DNA of 64,000 bases from a virus: IMG/VR virus record IMGVR_UViG_3300034355_000644, positions 5,850 to 69,849 of that record, one strand, 5' to 3'. The number at the start of each line of letters is the position of its first letter. The stretch's first letter is position 1. The notes below the pieces were generated by a model. The model did no database searches. It was not told where the DNA came from and was given only the letters and a program-made list of their open reading frames with translations. Shown here piece by piece: positions 47,366 through 56,829 of the stretch. The translations under genes were made by a program, and so were the position numbers.

Positions 47366-47382
47366 ATCTTATATTTATCTTT

Positions 47383-47880
47383 TTATGAAGTTTCATCACT
47401 CTTGCCATGATTCAATATTCTATCAAGCAAGTCGTGTCTTGATAATAATTGTCCCTCGGCGGTTTCAAGAATTTCTTCTGTTGGTTTGGCGCTCTTTTCC
47501 TTATCAAAATCAAGCTTGGCTTTTTTCAATTGTAATTCAACGATTTTTAGCTTCTTATTCAGTTTAGCTTGTTTTGCTGCTAAAGCATGACCGAACATAG
47601 AACTGGCTACCGATAATATCTCAGCGGAATATCGTGAATCAACTTGATAACCAAGTGATACCAAATCTGAAAAAGTTTCAGTTGCTTTTTCGGCTAATTC
47701 ATCCAACTCTCTATCAGCAGCAGATAAGTCACGAACAGTAGGCAATGCCGCATCTATACGATCAATAACATCATCTATTTCAATAAGAGAATCCAAATCA
47801 ATTTCGGATGGAAGTGATGATTCTATGATTTTTGAATCATCGTCTGTTGGTAGATTGAATATTTGTTCAAGTGTTTTCAT
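47383..47880 (-). CDS. putative terminase small subunit
   Basis: Helical; F.DL..LG..V..R....I..VA...K...K.K...LQL; C-terminal SR.DLL; late box upstream. Confidence 0.55.
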   Translation of the reverse strand: MKTLEQIFNLPTDDDSKIIESSLPSEIDLDSLIEIDDVIDRIDAALPTVRDLSAADRELDELAEKATETFSDLVSLGYQVDSRYSAEILSVASSMFGHALAAKQAKLNKKLKIVELQLKKAKLDFDKEKSAKPTEEILETAEGQLLSRHDLLDRILNHGKSDETS

Positions 47881-47920
47881 AATAGTAGTGTAATATACTA
47901 CTATTTAGCTTTTTTGTTTT

Positions 47921-48361
47921 TTAGTGTTTTTTACCTTGCCAGAACAGTTCTCGCTCTGTTAATACTCTAAAGTGTAATCCATATTGTTTACAGAATATTC
48001 TTGCTTGTTGCCATTTTGCATGATTGACTATGATAGCCATTTTATCATACTGTGATGTTTTTTCAGTGAGAATGGTTTGACCGTATGGTTTGATTTCAAG
48101 CAATTCCGCTCTTAGTGTATTTGTTTTGTCAAGATAATTGATTAAAAAATCTGGAAGATATGTGGTATTTTTTCCGGTGAGGGGATTTCGATACTTTATG
48201 CGTAAAACCTCACTTCCCCACCTCAGAATATGAGGGTTAGTATCAAGCATTATCATCACTCGGTTTTCCCAACCCGATCTGTATGTTGGCTCTTTGTTGC
48301 CAATGTACTTATCTTTATTGATTACATTATAAATTCCTTGTGAGTAGTTCTTTTTTGCCAT
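47921..48361 (-). CDS. gp4: head completion nuclease (T4 gp4-like, TnsA-like)
   Basis: N..KYIG...TYRSGWE...WGSE...Y.NP....Y.PDF...EIKP...N.AKW..A...F...TE. Confidence 0.9.
   Translation of the reverse strand: MAKKNYSQGIYNVINKDKYIGNKEPTYRSGWENRVMIMLDTNPHILRWGSEVLRIKYRNPLTGKNTTYLPDFLINYLDKTNTLRAELLEIKPYGQTILTEKTSQYDKMAIIVNHAKWQQARIFCKQYGLHFRVLTERELFWQGKKH
48315..48361. repeat. 47-bp direct repeat, copy in functional gp4 5' end
   Basis: Identical to 49454-49500. Confidence 0.92.
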
Positions 48362-48384
48362 AACACAACTCCATTAGAATTATT

Positions 48385-48493
48385 TATCTTATTTTTCTTC
48401 CATCAATCCATCCATCTGGTTGTTTTCCGACCGCATACAAATGAGCTTGTATTCCATTATTATATCACTTACTTCCTTTATTGCGGGATTCAA
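48385..48493 (-). pseudogene. decayed extra WYNNG repeat beyond the endonuclease stop
   Basis: Shifted frame reads NKGSK*YNNGIQAHLYAVGKQPDGWIDGRKIR. Confidence 0.65.
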
Positions 48494-49381
48494 CTAAACC
48501 CAACCTTCTGGTTCTTTTCCTGGTACAAACATTTTAGTATTTGACCCATCGGTAAATGCTCTCAATTTAGTTTTCGTCAAATGTCCTTCAACCCATCCTT
48601 CTGGTTGTTCTCCGGGAAAACAAATAGTCGTCTTAATTCCGTTGTTGTATGCTTTTTTGCCTTTCGATGAAGGGGGTTTTGTACCAAGTTCTCTGTGAAT
48701 TATTGATTGTTTCTTTTTTGTTTCTTCAGATGCAGTAGTACCAAAACTGTTATGCACCCATTCGCCCGATAAAACTTTAGGATGATTAGTTTCGACTAAT
48801 CCAATCGTTTCTCCAGTAATTAGATTTTTGACAATCATTTTTCCTTTTTTATGAGCATATCTTTCTTCTTTGTCTTCTTTGGTCAACGAATCATAATGAA
48901 TTCGTTGACTTTTACTCATTTTACTTTTGGTTTCTTCTGTTACTTCTTTGCCGTATCTTCCATTTAACTTTCCTGGTCTAGATTTTTTTGCATTTATTAC
49001 GGCTTTTTCATCATCAGATAAACTGTTCCACTTATCTTTCGCCAACTGTACATAGTAATCCATATTTGCTTGAATATGTTCAAATCCACCATCTCCCTTT
49101 TCTTCTTTTAAATTCGCCCATATTTTTTTGCCATTTTCATCAACTGCATGCATTATATTCCAGAATCTACTCATGAATTGTCCCTTGCTCTTTATTTCAT
49201 CATAATCGGAGGTGGACAATATTATTGTGGTATGAATTTCTTTTCCGTGTTTGTTTAGATGCTTCTTCCAGTAAACACCAGACCCAAGATATTTAATAGG
49301 ATCTTTCCTACGTGTGTAACATAGATATTTTAATTTCGTTTTTAGGTGAGTTTTCACCATCAGGTGATAAATATGTGTCAT
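48494..49381 (-). CDS. GIY-YIG-like homing endonuclease with NUMOD3 and YNNG repeats
   Basis: IYHLMVKTH..T.LKYLC....P.KY.GSG.YW..HL.KHG...WANLK.E.GDGG; EETKSKMS; YNNG...PEGWV. Confidence 0.8.
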   Translation of the reverse strand: MTHIYHLMVKTHLKTKLKYLCYTRRKDPIKYLGSGVYWKKHLNKHGKEIHTTIILSTSDYDEIKSKGQFMSRFWNIMHAVDENGKKIWANLKEEKGDGGFEHIQANMDYYVQLAKDKWNSLSDDEKAVINAKKSRPGKLNGRYGKEVTEETKSKMSKSQRIHYDSLTKEDKEERYAHKKGKMIVKNLITGETIGLVETNHPKVLSGEWVHNSFGTTASEETKKKQSIIHRELGTKPPSSKGKKAYNNGIKTTICFPGEQPEGWVEGHLTKTKLRAFTDGSNTKMFVPGKEPEGWV

Positions 49382-49447
49382 GCTGATACTCCATTATAGT
49401 ATTAGAACCGATGGAGACTGCAATCTCGTGATCGGTACTTTTATTTA
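49368..49447. ncRNA. conserved two-hairpin element, copy 4, overlapping endonuclease start codon
   Basis: Inner stem GAGA/TCTC, second stem TACT/AGTA enclosing GGAG; 80-bp span. Confidence 0.75.
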
Positions 49448-49453
49448 CCAATC

Positions 49454-49500
49454 TTATTGATTACATTATAAATTCCTTGTGAGTAGTTCTTTTTTGCCAT
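49454..49500. repeat. 47-bp direct repeat, orphan gp4 5' end (mini-ORF MAKKNYSQGIYNVINKIGK*)
   Basis: Identical to 48315-48361; has own TAAATA at 49505-49510. Confidence 0.92.
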
Positions 49501-49556
49501 GTTGTATTTATCGGTTTTGATAAATACTTGATATCATAGCCAAGGATTTAATATCA

Positions 49557-49763
49557 TTGTTCACGAAGTATGCCTCTGGTGATATTAGCAAACAACAATT
49601 GGTTACTACCTTAAAGGGAGTTCAATCCAGAAGAGCATCTGATAAAGAATTAGCCAATGCCTTGTCATCAGATGCCGAAATTGAACGCGAATTAGATATG
49701 GAACCAGTTGAACAAGTATCAGAAGATATCTCAAGAATCAGAAAATTAGCAGGATTGAGGTAA
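49557..49763 (+). CDS. small protein with C-terminal RIRKLAGL motif
   Basis: Plus-strand GATAAATA at 49519-49526, AAGGA RBS, TTG start. Confidence 0.55.
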   Translation: MFTKYASGDISKQQLVTTLKGVQSRRASDKELANALSSDAEIERELDMEPVEQVSEDISRIRKLAGLR

Positions 49764-49770
49764 AATCCAA

Positions 49771-50130
49771 TCAAGCCAAACAATTACGAGCAGAATAGTA
49801 GTCCGGTGCCGAAGGGGTATTTAATCCCAATAATGTCATCGGGCTACGCAAACTATTGATATACAAAGCTAATTGTAGAGTCAATTCAGGTATACCTTTA
49901 CCTTGTATCTCTTGAAATAATGTCATCACAGGAATGTTAGATTCATTTGCCACGCGAAACATCGTTACTGTCATATTACCAGCCGCTTCCCGCGTATCAA
50001 ATACTGAAAGAAAATAGCTAAAAATTACATCATACTCAACCAACGGAACAGTGATATCAAATTTATAGAATAAATCAAATACCCTTACGGTTTTATCTAT
50101 TTGAAAATTAGTCTCGTTAACAGACGACAT
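49771..50130 (-). CDS. hypothetical tail-region protein
   Basis: 119-aa ORF following tube-like genes. Confidence 0.7.
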   Translation of the reverse strand: MSSVNETNFQIDKTVRVFDLFYKFDITVPLVEYDVIFSYFLSVFDTREAAGNMTVTMFRVANESNIPVMTLFQEIQGKGIPELTLQLALYINSLRSPMTLLGLNTPSAPDYYSARNCLA

Positions 50131-50132
50131 TA

Positions 50133-51248
50133 TTAGCTCACGTTAGCTTGGAACATTGGAAACATCATTCCTGATGCACCATTAGGAGTTAATCTTACAC
50201 CAGCTGGCAAAGATTGTTGTAATATACTGGGTGCAGAAGCGGATAAATTCAAACTAACACCAGAGGCATTATTTCTATAATCAAAATTCACAGTAGGTTG
50301 TTGTACTTGTCCTATAGTATTGACTGTATTTACCGCTTGTAAATCCACCGTTGATCCTTGCACCGTAGACACCGTTGAGCCATTTTGTTGCACAGTTGCA
50401 GTTGCAGCAACAGTAGCAATCGGACTGGGTTCTACATCATAATAAGCAGGATCGGCAAATCCGGGAACAGCAATACTTGGACGAGCACCGCCAATATCAC
50501 CAGTATAATATTTCACAGTCTCATACTGAAGAGTAACTGTATTGATCATAGTGCCATCACCAGAAGAATAATCGTAAATATCATGTAACCAATCTTTAAT
50601 CATTGGATTGATTAGCACATACGAAGCGAATTTCTTTTGACTAAATCCATATATTTGAACATCATTAAAGAATGGTGGTTTAGCTAATGGATTGGTAGCA
50701 TTGCTATTATAATACGATTCACCAATATAACCCCAATCGGTATATTCAATGTTCTTATCGTATATATTTCGTTGATTGTACATTGATCCATTTACTTGAA
50801 CACCGCTTTGTCCTGCTGTACCATTAACGGACTGAATATTCATGTAGTTTTGACTTGGATCTTTATAGTAGTAACTATAGTAATTATACCATAGATTACG
50901 AATTAAATCTGCTTGATCATCATGAAATGTAACCTGAATAGGTCCATATTCTATTTTATTCTGAATCAATCTTTTACGATTGTATTGATTAAGTGTTTCA
51001 ACTGCCACGTTAAATTGAGGCAGTTGAATCGTTTTTACCATCAAGCCAACTCTAGCTTGATCACCGCCACCAAAAACAGTGGATAATTGTGGTATTTGTC
51101 CAACATTTATATTAAAATAAACATGAAATAGGAACTTGTATCTTGGTATAAATTCATAGCCATTGGCTACAAAGGTTTTTGATGCATGCCGATAATCTCT
51201 GTAGATTACCGGCCCATCTTGTGCTATACCAGTTGCTTGTCCTGCCAC
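50133..51248 (-). CDS. tail tube-like / baseplate-tube protein
   Basis: PRYKFLFHV.F, VK..QLP.F....NQYNRKR.....Y.PI...FHDD; follows tail tube. Confidence 0.75.
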   Translation of the reverse strand: MAGQATGIAQDGPVIYRDYRHASKTFVANGYEFIPRYKFLFHVYFNINVGQIPQLSTVFGGGDQARVGLMVKTIQLPQFNVAVETLNQYNRKRLIQNKIEYGPIQVTFHDDQADLIRNLWYNYYSYYYKDPSQNYMNIQSVNGTAGQSGVQVNGSMYNQRNIYDKNIEYTDWGYIGESYYNSNATNPLAKPPFFNDVQIYGFSQKKFASYVLINPMIKDWLHDIYDYSSGDGTMINTVTLQYETVKYYTGDIGGARPSIAVPGFADPAYYDVEPSPIATVAATATVQQNGSTVSTVQGSTVDLQAVNTVNTIGQVQQPTVNFDYRNNASGVSLNLSASAPSILQQSLPAGVRLTPNGASGMMFPMFQANVS

Positions 51249-51265
51249 AATAGTTAAGTAGTATT

Positions 51266-51991
51266 TTAAAGTACTGCTTGTCCAGCTACGGCTGCGGCTG
51301 CACCAACGGTAGTCGGAGCACCAAGGAATGCAGGATTACCGATACCCGTGGATAGATCACCCAGAGTACGTTGACCCATATTCGCACCAACGCCATAAGT
51401 AGCATCGGATAGCAATTGAACAGCATTATCAAATGCAAGCGAGAGTGTGATATTGGTAACAGCACTTTCGCCATAATCAAGATTATTGTAGTTAGCTCCC
51501 TTGATAAAGCAACCAAGTAGCTGCCAAGATTCAAGAACGATTGGTAGAGCAATACCATTACCACCATCAAGCACTTCAACATTACATTGGAATTTATAGT
51601 CAATACCAGAAGAGGCAGACGCTTGTTCCATAAAATCTTGTTGTAGCTGTAGCTGCATACCGATTAGCTTAGATACTGCACCAAGGCTATCATCGCGAAT
51701 AGTACAAGTAACATCCTGCCATTGTGGTTTACCAGCAAGTTTAATTGTGCTATTATAAACCGGAACATCAATTTGATCAAACTGAACATTAGGACGATCA
51801 ATGTTGATTACTTGCCGTGTTAATTCCGTAAGCAAGCTACCACCACCACCGAGATTCGTGAACACGACCCGGAAGCGATATTTTAGTTTTGGCATCAAGA
51901 GGACTTGATTGCCCGCACCCTGTACTGGAACAGACAAGTTAGATAACGAGTAGGCTCCGTCTGGGTTTAATGAGTAATTTTTACTAGACAT
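51266..51991 (-). CDS. gp19: tail tube protein (gp19-like)
   Basis: PKLKYRFRV, RP, AGK..W.....RDD, W.L.GCF...NY..LDY, L.FDNA; directly after sheath. Confidence 0.85.
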   Translation of the reverse strand: MSSKNYSLNPDGAYSLSNLSVPVQGAGNQVLLMPKLKYRFRVVFTNLGGGGSLLTELTRQVINIDRPNVQFDQIDVPVYNSTIKLAGKPQWQDVTCTIRDDSLGAVSKLIGMQLQLQQDFMEQASASSGIDYKFQCNVEVLDGGNGIALPIVLESWQLLGCFIKGANYNNLDYGESAVTNITLSLAFDNAVQLLSDATYGVGANMGQRTLGDLSTGIGNPAFLGAPTTVGAAAAVAGQAVL

Positions 51992-52059
51992 TTTATTCTC
52001 CGTAAGTATTTATGACGATTCATAACCATTAAAAATCACGAATCGCCATGTCTTTTATC

Positions 52060-55000
52060 TTAAGCCCCTACTGATAACGAAGCAATTTCACCAGTATTTA
52101 GAATGCGAATTGGAATATAGATAAATTCAACTGCCTTCAATGGTTCAATAGCCAAGTCAAGCCATAGTTCATTACGATCAATAGTTTGCGGAGTGTTGTT
52201 AGACAGATCGCAGATAACTAGATAATCGTAGATACCTCTCTTGGTTTGCAGGTCGAGCATTAGGGATGTAACTGCATTCCGGAATTGATCACGGGTCAAC
52301 TGATCGTTTGGCTCAAACAAGAATTGCTGAGATAGACGCTCAAGTTGCATCCGAATGTATCCGATAAGTCTTGCTACATTGATTCTATCCAGAGCGGATC
52401 TGATATTTGTGCAAGTTTTGTTACCAAAATTCAGAATACCAACACCGGCTTGGAATGTAATCGGATTGATGTTATTTGTATACAGCAAATCACGAGTAGC
52501 AAGATCATTAGAGAATGATACAAACTGACCGTTACCTTTTAAATATCCAATCCGAATAGCGTTCTCAACTAGACCACGACGAACACCGGCTGGTGCGAAC
52601 CAAGGCCAAGATAGCTGGTCAGAACGAATAATAGTTCTGATCATCATGTGACTTGGTGCAGTTACCACTGTTAGGCCAGATAGATCACGTGTTTGGCAAC
52701 TTGGATAGAAGATACCAGTATATTGGTCACCCAACTGAACGATAGGATTCTTATCAAGATAAGGAGCCGCATCATCGTTAATCCACGCTTGAATATCAGA
52801 TGGTGCTAATCTTAGAGGAGTATCGCCAATAACGAAACCACTATTACCACGATCAATGTTGAGAGCAACAAGATTTGGCGTTAGTTCTGGGTATTGTGTA
52901 CAAGCCAATAGTGTGTAGTTTAGCTGTTCTTGACGAGCTTGAGCACTATTATCAATACCCGATTTTAGAGCGGTAACGATAACAATACGTTGAGCATTGC
53001 GACCCATGTTAGGAGTACCGTTATCATTATTTTGAGAAGCAGTGACCCATGCATTGGTTTGTAGCAATTGCCAAATAGTAGATGAACCAGTGCTTCCAGG
53101 AATTACACCTTGGGTGGCGCTGATTGGACCAGTATTCACACAGACATACAGCGTACCTTCATAAGAAACTCTGGTTCCCTTTGGATATTGGAAATCAGGA
53201 TTCCATGCAGCCACTGGATAATCAGTTGCATTGAAGTAGTTAACTTGGAACGACTTGACATTAAACCCAGAACGACGAGTATTAAACAGTAGTGTTCCTT
53301 GTGGATACAACAATGGGTTTGGTGCATCAGGATCAACATAATTGCTAATAAGCAAAGATTCAATTGTTGGCAGTTCAGCAACAACCGGATCAACAGCGCC
53401 GGTAGATGACCAACGAGCATCAGCATAAAGAATGCCATTTTCGGTGGTATTATCTGCGTTGTCAAGTAGTACCCATTGACCTTCGCCACTGACATTGGAC
53501 CAACGACTAATTTTTGGATAATTGATCAGATCACTTGTATCTACCCATAAATCACCAAATTGAAGCGGAGTATTACCGGCATCAAATTGTGAAGTAGGAG
53601 GCGTAACATTAAAGATAGGACCATTAGGATTGGTCAGAGTTAGATTGTAGCCACGAACGTCGTTTGTTACATTCTGATAACCCATCCAACGACCGTTGTT
53701 CTGAATCATGATATCAACTTGATCAAATGCCGAATAGTACCATAGTGTACCATCATTTGGATCTTGATCCGGTGCAGTAGCAAGAGGAATGTAAGTAAAT
53801 AGCGGGGAACCTACCCAGTTAGATAGTGTAACACCTACTTTCTCACCTTCAACGTACAGAAATTTCGCACCACGTGCAACCGATGTCCAAGCACTGTTGA
53901 CGAATCCAGCAACAACGATTGGGCTAGTTGACAGTGTGCCAATCGGAATTAAGTTGACAATACCACCGGTAGCGTGTGCAATCACAATACGACCAGCATT
54001 ATTGATATAGGCGCTAACATTGCTAACAGCAGCAGAACTAATATCTGCAACAAAATTCTGAGCGGTAGTGCCACTGAGAGTTACGGTAACTTCGGTATAC
54101 TCGGGATCATTTGGTTCGGATGCTTGTAGAATAAACCGAGAACCAGAAACAAAAGTTCCAGCATCAAATGCAGCAGCAACCACAGTTGGTCCAGTAGCCA
54201 ATCTACTGTAGAGTGTAAATCCAGCCATTCCATAATCAGCATTGTTAGCGATGTCTGGTCCAGTAGGAGCAAACAAAGGATTAACTTCTGCATACAATGT
54301 GCCAGCAGGAATCGCAGCACCACCACCAGCAGGATCAATACTATTGATAGCATCAAGATCGCTACGATAAATGCTCACAGTTTGGCGAACAAATGTATCA
54401 AGAACGGCATCGTATTTCTTAACGACGATATTAGCGCCTTGATTTACATTGTTGGTCTTCAACCAAATAGAACCGGTAGGATGTGGTGCAGTATCAGTTG
54501 TACGCCACCGTGGAACCTGATAGCTCCGTGAAGCTTGATACCGTGGGCATAGATATTGTGAGTTTGTGACACCACCAGGTGTTGGTAGAATGCCAAGAGC
54601 ACTCAACACACCAGCAGTAGTGGCTGGACCAAAATCAACACCACCCTCAATACTAGCGGTGACTGCAAGCATATTGCTATAAAGCATCAGCTTACCGTTG
54701 ATAGCAGCGGAAAAGACGCCGGGAATAGCAGCAGCGTTGATGTCATCAGATAATTGAGAAACAGTGGTACCTAAACCAGCGATATCAACAACAACACCAT
54801 TGATTTCAAGTGAACCTACGGGAACGGCGGTTGGCGCTAATGTACCAGTAACCGTTGGCCAAGATAGTGCCCATTCATCAGAACCGACTTGAACCCAAGT
54901 ATTAAAAATATTGGATAGTTCTGGAGCTGTTGTTTGGGCTTCAGATGGACCGCCGCACTTAAAGAAGATAGGCATATCAAGAGCAAGTGCGTTAACGGAA

Positions 55001-55593
55001 TAATTACCGATATCACCAAAGCTAGAAGATGGACCTTCTGTTACACTGGATACACCGTTGTAAGTAGTGGTAATATCAGTTAGCTTAGTGGAATCAAGAA
55101 TAACACTAGGATTCTTTACGGTGAACTGAGATGTAACAATGTTCCACTCGTTGATACCCCAAGAAGTGCTGGCAACATCAAGCCAGTATTGACCGGCATT
55201 GGGTTGTCCCATTGGACGAGTCAAAGAAGCCTTTAGGTCTTGGAGATCAATATCCACTCTCTGAACATAGCAACGATTGCTGATACTCAGGGCAGAATAA
55301 GCGGCCAATAGACCGTATTCGTTGAGTTCATCACCATTGATAGGCGTACCAGCAGTAGTGGTATAGAACAGTGGTTTACCGTACCAAGATAAAAGTTCGC
55401 GTTGGCTCGTAAGTAAATAAACGTTATTTGCGTTTTCAGGTAAAGTACCAGGAGCAACACCAACACCAGAACCAGATGCTTTATTAGACGCGGTCGCTAA
55501 TAGAACATAGGGAACTGAGTTTGTGGACCCCTGAATATATTGACTTTGGTCGTCAACAAATACCTCTACGCCGGGTGATAGTAGTTCTTTCAT
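52060..55593 (-). CDS. gp18: tail sheath protein (gp18-like) with large insertion
   Basis: SPGV N-terminus, ELNEYGL, PWFAPAG.RRG, LY...INPI, DRINV.RL, FEPND, P.KAVEFIYI. Confidence 0.93.
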   Translation of the reverse strand: MKELLSPGVEVFVDDQSQYIQGSTNSVPYVLLATASNKASGSGVGVAPGTLPENANNVYLLTSQRELLSWYGKPLFYTTTAGTPINGDELNEYGLLAAYSALSISNRCYVQRVDIDLQDLKASLTRPMGQPNAGQYWLDVASTSWGINEWNIVTSQFTVKNPSVILDSTKLTDITTTYNGVSSVTEGPSSSFGDIGNYSVNALALDMPIFFKCGGPSEAQTTAPELSNIFNTWVQVGSDEWALSWPTVTGTLAPTAVPVGSLEINGVVVDIAGLGTTVSQLSDDINAAAIPGVFSAAINGKLMLYSNMLAVTASIEGGVDFGPATTAGVLSALGILPTPGGVTNSQYLCPRYQASRSYQVPRWRTTDTAPHPTGSIWLKTNNVNQGANIVVKKYDAVLDTFVRQTVSIYRSDLDAINSIDPAGGGAAIPAGTLYAEVNPLFAPTGPDIANNADYGMAGFTLYSRLATGPTVVAAAFDAGTFVSGSRFILQASEPNDPEYTEVTVTLSGTTAQNFVADISSAAVSNVSAYINNAGRIVIAHATGGIVNLIPIGTLSTSPIVVAGFVNSAWTSVARGAKFLYVEGEKVGVTLSNWVGSPLFTYIPLATAPDQDPNDGTLWYYSAFDQVDIMIQNNGRWMGYQNVTNDVRGYNLTLTNPNGPIFNVTPPTSQFDAGNTPLQFGDLWVDTSDLINYPKISRWSNVSGEGQWVLLDNADNTTENGILYADARWSSTGAVDPVVAELPTIESLLISNYVDPDAPNPLLYPQGTLLFNTRRSGFNVKSFQVNYFNATDYPVAAWNPDFQYPKGTRVSYEGTLYVCVNTGPISATQGVIPGSTGSSTIWQLLQTNAWVTASQNNDNGTPNMGRNAQRIVIVTALKSGIDNSAQARQEQLNYTLLACTQYPELTPNLVALNIDRGNSGFVIGDTPLRLAPSDIQAWINDDAAPYLDKNPIVQLGDQYTGIFYPSCQTRDLSGLTVVTAPSHMMIRTIIRSDQLSWPWFAPAGVRRGLVENAIRIGYLKGNGQFVSFSNDLATRDLLYTNNINPITFQAGVGILNFGNKTCTNIRSALDRINVARLIGYIRMQLERLSQQFLFEPNDQLTRDQFRNAVTSLMLDLQTKRGIYDYLVICDLSNNTPQTIDRNELWLDLAIEPLKAVEFIYIPIRILNTGEIASLSVGA

Positions 55594-55705
55594 TTTTCAT
55601 CCTCATTTGTAGATAAATGTATTTATCAAATATCACGAAAAATGAGTTGAAGTGAACTCTATTTATGCTCGGTTGATAGCGTGTTTTTGATTGTGGGAAA
55701 TATTT

Positions 55706-56473
55706 TTATCCGATTACCCAGTACATTGGTTGACTAAAATCAACATAATTTTTTAGGTCTTCAAGGCATTTATCAATAGCAGCTTGTCCCTCTGCCTTCA
55801 TCGCTGCACCATTCAATGATGAACCCCCTTGGGGTCCAACAATTGTGCTATATTTTTCTCTGGGTTCACCAATGATAATTTTACAAGCGCCTACCATAAA
55901 ATCACGGAACCACTGTAAGATAACTGGGTCAGCCAATAGGTTGAATTCAGGTTTCCAATTATATGTCCATAGTAGCACATTTTCACCCGTTGCTTTTGGA
56001 TCACGCATAAGCTGTAATTTTTTAGTAACAGTATTAAATGTATACACAATATATGCGCCGAACATTCTACCGGCTAATTCTACGTATTGAGAATAAAAAT
56101 CATAAGTGGCCAATCCACCAGATACATTGAAGTTCATCAAATAAACATTCAAGCTGGCTTGGCTAAATGGGTCAAAGTTACTTGCGAATGGTCCAGTAGC
56201 ATTGCCAAAGGTTCTTCTATAAACTTGTCTTACAGATTGAACCTCTTGTGGCATTGTATAGATATTTACATTGTCAACAAGCTCCATGAAGATATAACTT
56301 TCTTCTGTTGAATTTTGCGCCCTCTGTCTGTATGTACCCAATGCTCTTTGGTATGCAGTTTCATAATGCTCTGCATCCAATTCAATGTCCACTATTTGAT
56401 CGCCTAAACTATAGCGAACATAGTCAATGAGTTCTTGCTTTAATCTTGTAGTTGAGGATTCAGATTCAATCAT
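55706..56473 (-). CDS. gp13: neck protein (gp13-like)
   Basis: LG...VDIEL...Y...; K...GE.R.K....GPQGG..LNG..K.E; upstream of sheath. Confidence 0.82.
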   Translation of the reverse strand: MIESESSTTRLKQELIDYVRYSLGDQIVDIELDAEHYETAYQRALGTYRQRAQNSTEESYIFMELVDNVNIYTMPQEVQSVRQVYRRTFGNATGPFASNFDPFSQASLNVYLMNFNVSGGLATYDFYSQYVELAGRMFGAYIVYTFNTVTKKLQLMRDPKATGENVLLWTYNWKPEFNLLADPVILQWFRDFMVGACKIIIGEPREKYSTIVGPQGGSSLNGAAMKAEGQAAIDKCLEDLKNYVDFSQPMYWVIG

Positions 56474-56512
56474 GTTAATACACCAATAATATTGATGTAT
56501 TTATCTGTTTTT

Positions 56513-56713
56513 TTAACTGAGCTTAGGTTCAGAGTCTATGAATCTTAGATATTCTCGTAAATGAACTGATGCTTCGTTTTTTGTCGTAAACGGACCAGAC
56601 CAATCTTCTTCGATGATTCTATAATACCATCCTTCTGGTAATATAATATCAGATTGATCGTAGTCCGTGATGTGCTTAGTACCATCTGAGTAAAAAACTT
56701 CAGATTGAATCAT
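56513..56713 (-). CDS. hypothetical protein
   Basis: GWYY...GPF.TK.EA motif. Confidence 0.6.
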   Translation of the reverse strand: MIQSEVFYSDGTKHITDYDQSDIILPEGWYYRIIEEDWSGPFTTKNEASVHLREYLRFIDSEPKLS

Positions 56714-56829
56714 AAATCTCTATCTTTCAACCAATTGTCTATGTTGAATGTAGTATACACCAACAATGTTAGATATGCAAGTAGCAATACTTCAAAAGTT
56801 GTTTTTAATGTTTCCATGATCACGTTAAT

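Noticed and set aside
40785-48496. TAG stop-codon reassignment suggested by nucleases ending mid-repeat at TAG
   Set aside because: Core genes are full length in the standard code, TAG ends the methyltransferase normally, and the 48385-48493 continuation also needs a frameshift and contains TGA.
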